Below, piece after piece: positions 17,418 to 26,164 of a DNA stretch of 64,000 bases. The stretch is from Planctomycetota bacterium (GTDB lineage: Bacteria; Planctomycetota; UBA8742; UBA2392), in assembly GCA_020425605.1 (NCBI GenBank), contig JAGQRH010000007.1, forward strand, positions 76,834 to 140,833, written 5' to 3'. Each line of letters begins with the position of its first letter. Within the stretch, counting starts at the first letter, position 1. A program made the translations under genes and the position numbers. The notes under the pieces were generated by a model. That model did not search any database and was not told the origin of the DNA. It saw only the letters and a list, made by a program, of their open reading frames with translations.

Positions 17418-20400
17418 ATGCGCCAGGTTCTGTCCGCACTCATGAAGGAAGGCGTGATCAGCGTGGTTGTGCTGATCCTGCTGTGCCTGCTGGTCTGGTT
17501 CGGGGGTATGTACCTCGAAACCGAGCCCAACGAATACCTGAAGACACGCATTGCGATCATCGCGGTTCTGATCGGCATTTTCCTGGTGCTCTTCCTGGTC
17601 CAGAAAGTGATGGCCGTCCGCAGCGCCGTGCGCATTGAGCAGCAGCTCAAGGCCCAGTCCGGAAGCCAGCTGGAAGGTGCCGACGCCGACAAGAAGGCCG
17701 AGATCGAGACGCTCTCCAAGAACTTCGCCGACTCGTTGGAAGCCCTGAAAAAGACCAAGGGCGGCAAGAGCGCGCTGTTCACCCTGCCCTGGTACATCAT
17801 CATCGGCCCGCCCGGCAGCGGCAAGACGACCGCGCTTCAGGAGTCCGGGCTGAACTTCCCGGCCGTACAGGGCGGCGCAAAAGTCCGCGGCATTGGCGGC
17901 ACGCGCAACTGCGACTGGTGGTTTACGGAAGACGGCATCCTGCTCGATACGGCCGGGCGCTACACCACGGTTGCAGAGGACCAGGAAGAATGGTTCGCCT
18001 TCCTCGAGATGATCCGCACCAGCCGCAAGGACAAGCCGATCAACGGCGCCATCGTCGCGATCGCGATCGATGAGCTGCACCGGGCGACAGCCTCTGAGCT
18101 TGACCAGATGGCCAAGGATGTGCGCAACCGGCTGGATGAGCTTGCCGCGCGCCTGCAGGCGGTCTTCCCGGTCTACATGATGTTCACGAAATGCGACCTG
18201 ATTCAGGGGTTCGTTGAGTTCTACGAAGACTTCAACAAAGAGCAGCGCGGCCAGGTCTGGGGCTTCACGTTCCCCTACCAGCTGCCTGACAAGCAGTACA
18301 CGGAAGTCTTCAGTGAGCAGATCGCGAAGATGTCCGGCAACATCAGCGCCCGCCAGCTTGAGTTGCTGGGTACAGAGCGCCCGCCTGCAAAGAAACAGAG
18401 CATCTACCTGTTCCCGCGTCAGTTCGCGCTGGCACAGGTCAAGATGAAAGAGTTCCTGGCTGCGTTGTTCCACGCAAACGCCTTCCAGGAAAGCGCCATG
18501 TTGCGCGGTATCTACTTCACGTCCGGCACTCAGAAGGGCACGCCGATCGACCAGATCCTGGCCCGGATGGGCGAAGCCATGGGGCTGGACGCCGGCGCAA
18601 ATCAATCCGAAGAGCGCGTCGAGAAGAAGAGCTACTTCATCCACAACCTCTTCACGAACGTAATCTTCCACGACAAGACACTCGCCCGCAGCAGCAGCCG
18701 CGTATTGCGAAAACGCCGCGCCGCCCGCCTGACACTTCAGATCACCTCGTTGCTGGCACTGGCGCTCATGAGCTGGGCCCTGTTGCAGTCGTTCTTCGGC
18801 AACCACGAGATCATTGAGAAAGTCGAGACCGCAGGCATCAGCGTGCGCGACATGGAGCTCGACAGCAGGCCGGACCTCGATGAGCTGAAGTCACTCGACG
18901 CCCTGCGGCGCGAACTCTCACACTTGGACGAGTTCAAGCGCGATGGCCGCCCGGTGCGCCTCAGCTTCGGCATGTACAAAGGCGACGCCATGTTTGATGC
19001 CGGCGCAAACGTCTACTTCCAGCGCCTCCGCCCGCTGTACATCGCCCCCTGTGGTACGCGCGTCGAGCGCGAACTCGACCGCCTGGTGGGCTCGCTGCAG
19101 CCCAACTCGCCATCCAACGAGTACCAGAAGCTGCTCGACCTGTGGCGCGTCTACCGCATGATTGGCGGCAAACTCCCGCCGCAGGCCGCACTCGTCAGCA
19201 ACATCCTCAAGAAGGAAAATCGCTGGAGCGGAATGCTGCCGGGGATGAACGCCGACGAAATCGAAGCGCTGTCCGGCGAACAGCTGGAATTCTACGCAGC
19301 GCAACTCGCAATCACTGACAAGGAAAACGACAAATACGGGCTGTATGTCTCGCTCGATCCCCAGCTCGACAAGCGCGCCGCGGACAAGCTGCAAAACGCG
19401 TTCTGGACCGTCTCGGCCTACGAGGCGATCATCCAGCACACCAGCGAGAATCGCAAACCACTCAGGCTCGAGGATATCGCGCCGACCAACACGGCCTATC
19501 TTGAGCTGCGTACAAACGACACGGCCGGCACGAACCTGAGCCGACTGAACGCGTTCACGCAAGAGGCCTGGGATACCGAGATCAAGTCGCTGATCGACGA
19601 GCGAAGCATTGACCTCGAGGCGCTCTACAACGAACTCGGAATCAAGAAGACACGTGGGGACATCCGCGACGACCTGTACAAGCGCCACAAGGCCGCGCAG
19701 ATCGATGTGTGGAACATCTTCCTCCAGCAGGTCTACCCGAAGCCCAGCCTGTTCAGCAACGTGAAGGACACGAATGAGGCGCTGAAGGTCCTGGTTGGCG
19801 ATCAGTCACCGTATCGGGACCTGATCCGGAACGTGTGGAACAAGCGCCAGCTGGCGCTCGCCGTGGACAACAAGATCGACGGCCCCAGCGAGGCAGACCT
19901 CAAGGCCCTGGATACGTCGTTCGCAGCACTGGACGCGTTCTCCAAGGCATACAACACGTTCTGGAGCACGGGCGGTCGCAAGGGCTCCCGCGTGATGAGC
20001 TATGTCGACAACAAGGTTCCGTTGCCGACGCTCGCCACTGCCTTTCTTTCGGCATCTCAGGACGTACCGCAGCCGTTCTCGACTCGCGACGAGTCGGTGA
20101 AAGTTGCACTGCTGAAGATCATCGACGTCAGCTTCGACGCACTGAAATCCGAGGCCGACGCTGAAGTCAAGGACTACTGGAATGACGGCCCGCAGAAACT
20201 GTGGAAGCTGAGCTTCGCAGGCAAGTATCCGTTCGATCCAAAGGGCAAAGACTCCGTCTCGATGGTCAACTTTTCTCGCATGTTCAGCCCGAAGTCAGGC
20301 CAGATCTGGAATGTCGACACGCGCGTGCGCGAAGTCCAGAAGATCGCCTTCCACGGCGGCCGCAGGCTCGTGACCCTGACCCAGGAGTACGAAAACACGA

Positions 20401-20915
20401 TCCGCCTCGCCACTGACATCCGCGAGGCGATGTACGACACCGAGAATGACGACAACGTGAAGGTGAAGTTCTCGGTCAAGCTGGTCCAGGCCGGCCTTCT
20501 GGTTGAGAGCCTGATCGAGATCGGTACGGATGAAAACGGCAACGTCGAGTCTCTGCCCTACAACAAGTACCCCGACCAGACCCGCGACTTCGTCTGGGCC
20601 CAGTACAGTACCGGTCGCTCCAAGATGGGCGCCCGCGTCACTGCCAAGTACACCGAGCGCAAGATTCCGTTGCCCGGCAAGGGCCAGATGGATGACGAGT
20701 GGGGCCTGCTGCGCCTGGTACACCGCCCGTATGCGCTCTCTTTCACCCAGGATGAGGCAAGCGAAGTACCGGTCTACCGTTGCCTCTGGGAGTTCAAGTC
20801 GGCCGACGGGCAGCTGTTTTACCTGCAGGCAGAGTTCGCACCCCGAAAGAAAGTGAACCCCTTCCAGGATGACCTGTTCCCCGGCTTCTCGCTCGCGGAG
20901 GCCGTGAGCAAGTGA
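17418..20915 (+). CDS. tssM: T6SS membrane-complex protein TssM (IcmF family)
   Basis: 1165 aa. N-terminal TM segments, Walker A GPPGSGKTTAL, and IcmF-like length and synteny after tssL. Confidence 0.92.
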   Translation: MRQVLSALMKEGVISVVVLILLCLLVWFGGMYLETEPNEYLKTRIAIIAVLIGIFLVLFLVQKVMAVRSAVRIEQQLKAQSGSQLEGADADKKAEIETLSKNFADSLEALKKTKGGKSALFTLPWYIIIGPPGSGKTTALQESGLNFPAVQGGAKVRGIGGTRNCDWWFTEDGILLDTAGRYTTVAEDQEEWFAFLEMIRTSRKDKPINGAIVAIAIDELHRATASELDQMAKDVRNRLDELAARLQAVFPVYMMFTKCDLIQGFVEFYEDFNKEQRGQVWGFTFPYQLPDKQYTEVFSEQIAKMSGNISARQLELLGTERPPAKKQSIYLFPRQFALAQVKMKEFLAALFHANAFQESAMLRGIYFTSGTQKGTPIDQILARMGEAMGLDAGANQSEERVEKKSYFIHNLFTNVIFHDKTLARSSSRVLRKRRAARLTLQITSLLALALMSWALLQSFFGNHEIIEKVETAGISVRDMELDSRPDLDELKSLDALRRELSHLDEFKRDGRPVRLSFGMYKGDAMFDAGANVYFQRLRPLYIAPCGTRVERELDRLVGSLQPNSPSNEYQKLLDLWRVYRMIGGKLPPQAALVSNILKKENRWSGMLPGMNADEIEALSGEQLEFYAAQLAITDKENDKYGLYVSLDPQLDKRAADKLQNAFWTVSAYEAIIQHTSENRKPLRLEDIAPTNTAYLELRTNDTAGTNLSRLNAFTQEAWDTEIKSLIDERSIDLEALYNELGIKKTRGDIRDDLYKRHKAAQIDVWNIFLQQVYPKPSLFSNVKDTNEALKVLVGDQSPYRDLIRNVWNKRQLALAVDNKIDGPSEADLKALDTSFAALDAFSKAYNTFWSTGGRKGSRVMSYVDNKVPLPTLATAFLSASQDVPQPFSTRDESVKVALLKIIDVSFDALKSEADAEVKDYWNDGPQKLWKLSFAGKYPFDPKGKDSVSMVNFSRMFSPKSGQIWNVDTRVREVQKIAFHGGRRLVTLTQEYENTIRLATDIREAMYDTENDDNVKVKFSVKLVQAGLLVESLIEIGTDENGNVESLPYNKYPDQTRDFVWAQYSTGRSKMGARVTAKYTERKIPLPGKGQMDDEWGLLRLVHRPYALSFTQDEASEVPVYRCLWEFKSADGQLFYLQAEFAPRKKVNPFQDDLFPGFSLAEAVSK

Positions 20916-21859
20916 CCGACTACCCCACCGGATGTCTGGGAAAGCTGCCGCTGCACGGCGATTTCATTCGCTTCAACGCGTCGTTGGCAGAAGTGCGCGA
21001 GTTCGACACCTGGGTTCAGGAAGGCATCTACGAGGGTTATCAGCAACTCGACAGCAACTGGGACAGCAGCTTCGACTCCGCACCGGTCTCACGTTTCATC
21101 TACTGCTCACCGAAATCCCGCAGGCTGCTGGCGGGTCTGTTCAAGCCGTCTGTAGACAAAGCCGGTCGACGCTACCCGTTCATGGTCTATACGGTCATTG
21201 AGCCGGGCGCTCTCGGAAATGACGCGGCCTACCTGCCATGGGCCATGGAGCCGTTCCTGCTGAAGGCAGTCGAGCTCGCGGCCTGGAGCGACACCGCCAT
21301 TGACCTGAGCACGTTTCTGAGAAGTTTCGAGACGTTCCGGTTCGAGCTCGACCTGACCGAAGCACGCAAGTCATTTGCCAAGTACGTCCTTAGCCACAGT
21401 TCCGGCGACTACTGGGCCGCGAACTTCGGACAGGCTGACGACCCGCGCAGGTATGCGGCAATTCAGTTGGCCGCCTGGGGCGCTGATCTGCGTCCGCCCG
21501 AAAGCGAGGCCCTGCGCCTGCCGGTGAGCGAGCCTGAGGCGGAAGCGGCCTTCTGGCTGGACCTCAGCCGACGCTTTTGCGCCGGGAACCAGCTCCCCAC
21601 GCTTGCCTTCTGGAATGAGCCCTCGGGCAGTGTTCCGACGCGCCTGCACCTGTGTTTCGGTGCGTTGCGGCCGTCGGCATTCCTGCCGTTCGTGCTTCCC
21701 GGCCGCGCGGACGGACAGGTAAAGGACATCACCCTGAACCAGGCGGTAGACGCGGCGCTGCTGGATCGCGCCCGTGCCCAGTTTGAAGAAGTTTTGAGTG
21801 AACCTTCACTCAAGTTGTCGGACCTGTTGCAAAGATTGCCCCGCTCCAAAGAGGTTTGA
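20912..21859 (+). CDS. tagF: T6SS-associated protein TagF (ImpM/DUF2094 family)
   Basis: 315 aa. The GTG start overlaps the tssM stop (GTGA). N-terminal hallmark GCLGKLPLHGDFIRFN. Position after tssM matches the Pseudomonas H1-type order. Confidence 0.8.
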   Translation: MTDYPTGCLGKLPLHGDFIRFNASLAEVREFDTWVQEGIYEGYQQLDSNWDSSFDSAPVSRFIYCSPKSRRLLAGLFKPSVDKAGRRYPFMVYTVIEPGALGNDAAYLPWAMEPFLLKAVELAAWSDTAIDLSTFLRSFETFRFELDLTEARKSFAKYVLSHSSGDYWAANFGQADDPRRYAAIQLAAWGADLRPPESEALRLPVSEPEAEAAFWLDLSRRFCAGNQLPTLAFWNEPSGSVPTRLHLCFGALRPSAFLPFVLPGRADGQVKDITLNQAVDAALLDRARAQFEEVLSEPSLKLSDLLQRLPRSKEV

Positions 21860-21935
21860 TTTGGGGCTTTTGGACGGCTATGTTGACCGGTCCTCAATAG
21901 ATTCCGGTCCCGGAACCCGCTAGAAAGGCGGCTAC

Positions 21936-22781
21936 GTGGCAGAAGGCACAACAACCCCGCTGGGCACCGATCCCATCCCGGGGGACAAACCCGCCGGCGC
22001 ATCCGCGCGCTATGAGCCGGAGTTTGAACAGCTTGAAGCCGAGATCAGCAAGCTTGGTAACCCAGCCGGCGGCGAAATCCGCTGGCCTGAAGTGGTCAGC
22101 CTCAGCAAGCAGATCCTTTCCGGAAAGTCCAAAGACCTGCTGGTAGCCGCCTACTTCTCGTATGCACTGCTCCAGCAGCAGGGCTACCAGGGGCTTCTTG
22201 AGGGGCTGGCAACGATCAACGGAATGTGCCAGGCGCACTGGGAGGGTCTGTTCCCGGAAGTTCGCCGAATGAAGGCGAGAGACTCGGCGCTGGACTGGCT
22301 GATTGATCGCGTTACGGCCTACCTCGAGAGCTCTCCCCCACCGGGAAGTGAAGAACTTGCCGTCCTGCAGCAGGCGGTCCAGGTTGTGGACACTGTAGCT
22401 GCATTCGTGAATCCGAAGCTGGAATCACCAAACCCGAAACTCGCCGCATTCAGCCGTGCATTGGCGGCCAAGGGCGCCGGCGCCCCGACAGATGCGGGCG
22501 AGGCCGCCCAGACAGGTGGAGCAATGGAAAGCACTGTCGCTCCGGCGGCGTCAGGTCCGGCCGGGCCGATCACCAACCGCAAGGTCGCGTTTGAGCGCTT
22601 GCGGGAAGTCGCTGACTTTCTCAAGCGCACTGAGCCGCACTCGCCGGTCGCCTACCTGATCGGCCGCGCCATCAAGTGGGGCGACATGAGCCTCGAAAAT
22701 GTCATTGGCGAGCTTGTCAAAAACAACGATGTCCGCCGTCAGGTTTACGAAACGCTGGGCATCAAGAACGAAGAGAGCTAA
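21936..22781 (+). CDS. tssA: T6SS protein TssA (short, ImpA_N-type)
   Basis: 281 aa with a GTG start. ImpA N-terminal signature PIPGDKPAGASARYEPEFEQLEAEISKL...W.EVV.L...IL...SKDLLVAAYF..AL. C-terminal EPHSPVAYLIGRAIKWGDMSL. Lies immediately upstream of tssB. Confidence 0.85.
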   Translation: MAEGTTTPLGTDPIPGDKPAGASARYEPEFEQLEAEISKLGNPAGGEIRWPEVVSLSKQILSGKSKDLLVAAYFSYALLQQQGYQGLLEGLATINGMCQAHWEGLFPEVRRMKARDSALDWLIDRVTAYLESSPPPGSEELAVLQQAVQVVDTVAAFVNPKLESPNPKLAAFSRALAAKGAGAPTDAGEAAQTGGAMESTVAPAASGPAGPITNRKVAFERLREVADFLKRTEPHSPVAYLIGRAIKWGDMSLENVIGELVKNNDVRRQVYETLGIKNEES

Positions 22782-22807
22782 GCCCACAGGGCACAAAGGA
22801 GTAAGTC

Positions 22808-23311
22808 ATGGCCAAAGAAGGTTCCGTAGCGCCGCGTGAGCGCGTGAATATCGTCTACAAACCCGCAACCGGGGGCGCCGCCGAAGAGAAGGAGTTGCCG
22901 CTCAAGCTGTTGGTAATGGGCGACTTCACGCTCGGGCAGGACGAAACGCCGCTCGAGGACCGCAAGCCGGTCAATATCGACAAGGACAACTTCAACGACG
23001 TGATGAAGAACCAGAACATCAACATCAACGTCAACGTGAAGAACACCCTGTCCGGCAAGGACGACGAAGAGCTTTCAGCGAACCTGAAGTTCAAGAATCT
23101 CAAGGACTTCGACCCGGACGCCGTCGCGCGCCAGGTGCCGGAGCTGAAGAAGATGCTTGAGCTGCGCGAGGCGCTGGCAGCATTAAAGGGGCCGATGGGC
23201 AACTTCCCGGCATTCCGCAAGAAGATCCAGTCCATCATCACCGACGAGGCGACACGCGAAAAAATCCTCGGCGAGATCCAGAAGGGCGGCTCAGGCGAAG
23301 GCGGCGAGTAA
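22808..23311 (+). CDS. tssB: T6SS contractile sheath small subunit TssB (VipA)
   Basis: 167 aa. SVAPRERVNIVYKPATGG..EEKELPLKLLVMGDFT is the classic TssB N-terminus. AAGGAG RBS. Confidence 0.95.
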   Translation: MAKEGSVAPRERVNIVYKPATGGAAEEKELPLKLLVMGDFTLGQDETPLEDRKPVNIDKDNFNDVMKNQNININVNVKNTLSGKDDEELSANLKFKNLKDFDPDAVARQVPELKKMLELREALAALKGPMGNFPAFRKKIQSIITDEATREKILGEIQKGGSGEGGE

Positions 23312-23384
23312 CGCGCTGACTTGAAGCTCACTTACGAATATGTCCCGGCCCCACGGGTCGGTATCGGAACGAAGGAGTAGTGCC

Positions 23385-24866
23385 ATGGCAGACGCTGAAC
23401 AGCAGAAGCAGCCCGGCGAAGCGCAAGCTGAAGAGGGTTCGCTGCTCGACGAGATCATGTCGCAGTCAAAAATGAAGCCGGCCGACGAGGGCTATGAGGT
23501 CGCCAAGCTCGGCGTCCAGGCCTTCCTGAAGGAAATCCTCGCCCCTGACAGCAAGTTCGCCAAGGCCGACAAGGCCGCAGTGGACCAGATGATCGGCGAG
23601 ATCGACAAAAAGCTCAGCGCGCAGGTCGACCAGATCCTGCACAACCCGGAAGTCCAGAAGCTGGAAAGTGCCTGGCGCGGGCTGAAGATGCTCGTTGACC
23701 GCACCGACTTCCGCGAAAACGTGAAGATCGAGATGCTCAACATCAGCAAGGAACAGCTGATGGAGGATTTCGAGGACGCGCCCGAGCTGCAGAAATCCGG
23801 GCTCTACAAGCACGTCTACACAGCCGAGTACGGTACGTTCGGCGGCGAGCCCTACGGTGCAATCATCGGCAACTACGACTTCGGGCCCGGCCCGCAGGAT
23901 GTCGCGCTGCTGAGCAAGGTCGCGGCAGTCGCCACCATGTCGCACGCGCCGTTCATCGCGGCGGCCGGCCCCAAGTTCTTCGGGCTGGACGACTACCAGG
24001 GCCTGCCGAACCTGAAGGACCTGAAGTCAATCATGGAAGGCCCGCAGTACACCAAGTGGCAGTCCTTCCGTGAGTCGGAAGACGCCCGCAGCGTCGGGCT
24101 TACCTGCCCGCGCTTCCTGCTGCGGCTGCCGTACGGCGAAAACACCAAGCCGGTCAAGGCGTTCAACTATGAAGAGAACGTGCGCGACAACCACGCTTCA
24201 TACCTGTGGGGCAACACGGCCTTTGCATTCGCCACACGTTTGACGGAAAGCTTTGCAAAGTTCCGTTGGTGCCCGAACATCATCGGCCCACAGTCGGGTG
24301 GCGCGGTCGAAGACCTGCCGCTTCACCAGTTCGACAGCATGGGCGAGATCGAGACCAAGATCCCGACCGAAGTGCTGATTTCTGAGCGGCGCGAGTACGA
24401 GCTGTCGGAGGAAGGCTTCATCGGGCTGACCATGCGCAAGGGCAGCGATAACGCCTGCTTCTTCAGCGCAAACAGCTGCCAGAAGGCCAAGAACTTCGGC
24501 CAGAGCGCCGAGGGCAAGGAAGCCGAGCTGAACTACCGCCTCGGCACACAGCTTCCATACCTGTTTATCGTGAACAGGCTGGCACACTACATCAAGGTGC
24601 TCCAGCGCGAGCAGATCGGCTCATGGAAGGAAAAGGACGACCTGTCACGTGAGCTCAACAAGTGGATCGGCCAGTACGTGGCCGACACCGACAATCCGTC
24701 ACCCGCGATCCGCAGCCGCTGCCCGCTTCGCAGCGCGAGCATCCTGGTTGACGACGTACCGGGTGAGGCAGGCTGGTACAAGGTCAGCATGCAGGTTCGC
24801 CCGCACTTCAAGTACATGGGCGCATTCTTCACGCTCGGCCTGGTTGGAAAGCTCGACAAGAAGTAG
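23385..24866 (+). CDS. tssC: T6SS contractile sheath large subunit TssC (VipB)
   Basis: ORF 23340-24866. I prefer ATG 23385 (MADAEQQK...), preceded by GAAGGAG. TssC-like LESAWRGLKMLVDRTD, VKIEMLNISKEQL and PRFLLRLPYG. Confidence 0.93.
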   Translation: MADAEQQKQPGEAQAEEGSLLDEIMSQSKMKPADEGYEVAKLGVQAFLKEILAPDSKFAKADKAAVDQMIGEIDKKLSAQVDQILHNPEVQKLESAWRGLKMLVDRTDFRENVKIEMLNISKEQLMEDFEDAPELQKSGLYKHVYTAEYGTFGGEPYGAIIGNYDFGPGPQDVALLSKVAAVATMSHAPFIAAAGPKFFGLDDYQGLPNLKDLKSIMEGPQYTKWQSFRESEDARSVGLTCPRFLLRLPYGENTKPVKAFNYEENVRDNHASYLWGNTAFAFATRLTESFAKFRWCPNIIGPQSGGAVEDLPLHQFDSMGEIETKIPTEVLISERREYELSEEGFIGLTMRKGSDNACFFSANSCQKAKNFGQSAEGKEAELNYRLGTQLPYLFIVNRLAHYIKVLQREQIGSWKEKDDLSRELNKWIGQYVADTDNPSPAIRSRCPLRSASILVDDVPGEAGWYKVSMQVRPHFKYMGAFFTLGLVGKLDKK

Positions 24867-25002
24867 GCGGCAGCGGGCGTGTCCAGTCGGATGGGGTTTG
24901 GTTGAGGCTTGAAACAGTCTGCAAACCTGACACGCCAAAAGCAGGGATCGACGGCGGAAGCACATCTCTGAAGGGTAGGCGCCTCGGAGTTTGCAGGACG
25001 CG

Positions 25003-25163
25003 TAAGATTGTTTTATAGTTTTTACGTTCTAACTAATTTTGTTTCATTCTTGGCGTTCTTTTTGACGCGGCGTATTGTTCTAGTGTCGCCGATGGGGCGC
25101 AAGAGACCAAAAAAACTAATCGAACTGTAAGATTTAGGCGCAGTATTCACCAGGAGATCAGCC
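25003..25163 (+). promoter_or_regulatory. AT-rich regulatory/promoter region upstream of hcp, including a near-consensus sigma-54-type -24/-12 element (TGGC-N7-TTGA at 25051-25065)
   Basis: This is the only conspicuously AT-rich stretch in the T6SS locus (GTAAGATTGTTTTATAGTTTTTACGTTCTAACTAATTTTGTTTCATTC...). TGGCGTTCTTTTTGAC matches TGGCAC-N5-TTGC except that the -12 C is replaced by A. AGGAG RBS at 25152-25156. Confidence 0.3.
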
Positions 25164-25649
25164 ATGGCCAGCATGAAAGTGTTCATGAAGATTGACGGGA
25201 TGCCGGGTAGCAGCCAGGACAAGGATCACTCGGATTGGTGTGACGTCCGCGGCTTCGAGCACGCGATGGAATACCCGTTCGACATGCGCGAAAACAAGGG
25301 TCGCGGCGAGCCCGTTCACGGCGCCTGCAGCGTCAGCAAGGAAATCGACAAGGCATCGCCCAAGATCTTCGAGGCGCTGGCCAAGAAGAAGAAGGTCAAG
25401 GAAGTCGACATCGAGTTCTGGCGCGACAACCCGACCGAGGGTGGCAGCGAGAAGTACTTCACCATCAAGCTCAAGGACTGCCGCGTTGTCCAGGCCAAGC
25501 CCTATATGCCGACGGCCGGCGGCGCAAGCGCCGAAGATGCCATGAGCCACATGGAGCAGGTCGGCTTCGCCTACCGCCAGATCGAATGGACCTGGTTGAG
25601 CGGTGGACAGGTTCCGACCACGTTCGACTTCAGCAACCCGGACGCCTAA
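25164..25649 (+). CDS. hcp: T6SS inner tube protein Hcp (TssD)
   Basis: 161 aa. Hcp hallmark MKIDGMPGSSQDKDHSDWCDV..FEHAM......, KEIDKASPKIFEAL and FTIKLKDCRVV. Confidence 0.93.
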   Translation: MASMKVFMKIDGMPGSSQDKDHSDWCDVRGFEHAMEYPFDMRENKGRGEPVHGACSVSKEIDKASPKIFEALAKKKKVKEVDIEFWRDNPTEGGSEKYFTIKLKDCRVVQAKPYMPTAGGASAEDAMSHMEQVGFAYRQIEWTWLSGGQVPTTFDFSNPDA

Positions 25650-25658
25650 TGATCTCTG

Positions 25659-25694
25659 CCGGGTGGGGCGGGCAGCAGCCCGCCCCATGCCCGG
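25659..25694 (+). terminator. GC-rich stem-loop immediately after hcp (attenuator or mRNA-stabilising hairpin; no U-tract)
   Basis: GGGGCGGGC-AGCA-GCCCGCCCC (25665-25686) forms a perfect 9-bp stem, extended by CCGGG/CCCGG. It lies 10 nt after the hcp stop and just before the tssE RBS AGGAG. Confidence 0.4.
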
Positions 25695-25709
25695 TAGGAG
25701 CCTTGCCCA

Positions 25710-26126
25710 ATGTTTCAGAAGCGAACGCTTTTCGAGAGGTTGAAGAACCCCGAAGGAACCACCGCACGCACGTTGGAAGAAGACACCAACGCGCAAGTGC
25801 GGTCGATCCTTCGAAACCTCGCGCGCATTCTGAACGCAAGGGTAGGCCAGGCGCCAGCTCAAATGGACTTCGGTATTCCCTCACCCAGTGAGATCGCCCA
25901 GGGTTATCCGGAATCCCTGACGACGATGCAGAAGACCATCCGCAAGAGCATTGAGCGCTACGAGCCAAGGCTGAAGGACGTACAGGTTTTGCAGATCGAG
26001 AGCGACGACATTCGATTGGCGGTGCGCTTCCAGGTATCAGCGCGTTTGGCAACGTCAAAGGAAGGGCGGCACGTCAGTTTCGATACACTGATGGACCCCT
26101 CCGGACACGTGAACCTCAACGCCTGA
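25710..26126 (+). CDS. tssE: T6SS baseplate protein TssE (gp25-like)
   Basis: 138 aa. TLFERL..........V..ILRNLARILNAR.G and DFGIPS are typical of TssE/GPW-gp25. Synteny before tssF. Confidence 0.88.
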   Translation: MFQKRTLFERLKNPEGTTARTLEEDTNAQVRSILRNLARILNARVGQAPAQMDFGIPSPSEIAQGYPESLTTMQKTIRKSIERYEPRLKDVQVLQIESDDIRLAVRFQVSARLATSKEGRHVSFDTLMDPSGHVNLNA

Positions 26127-26164
26127 TGCGCCAGCGCAACGCCCCGACAACGGGACGGTAGGGC

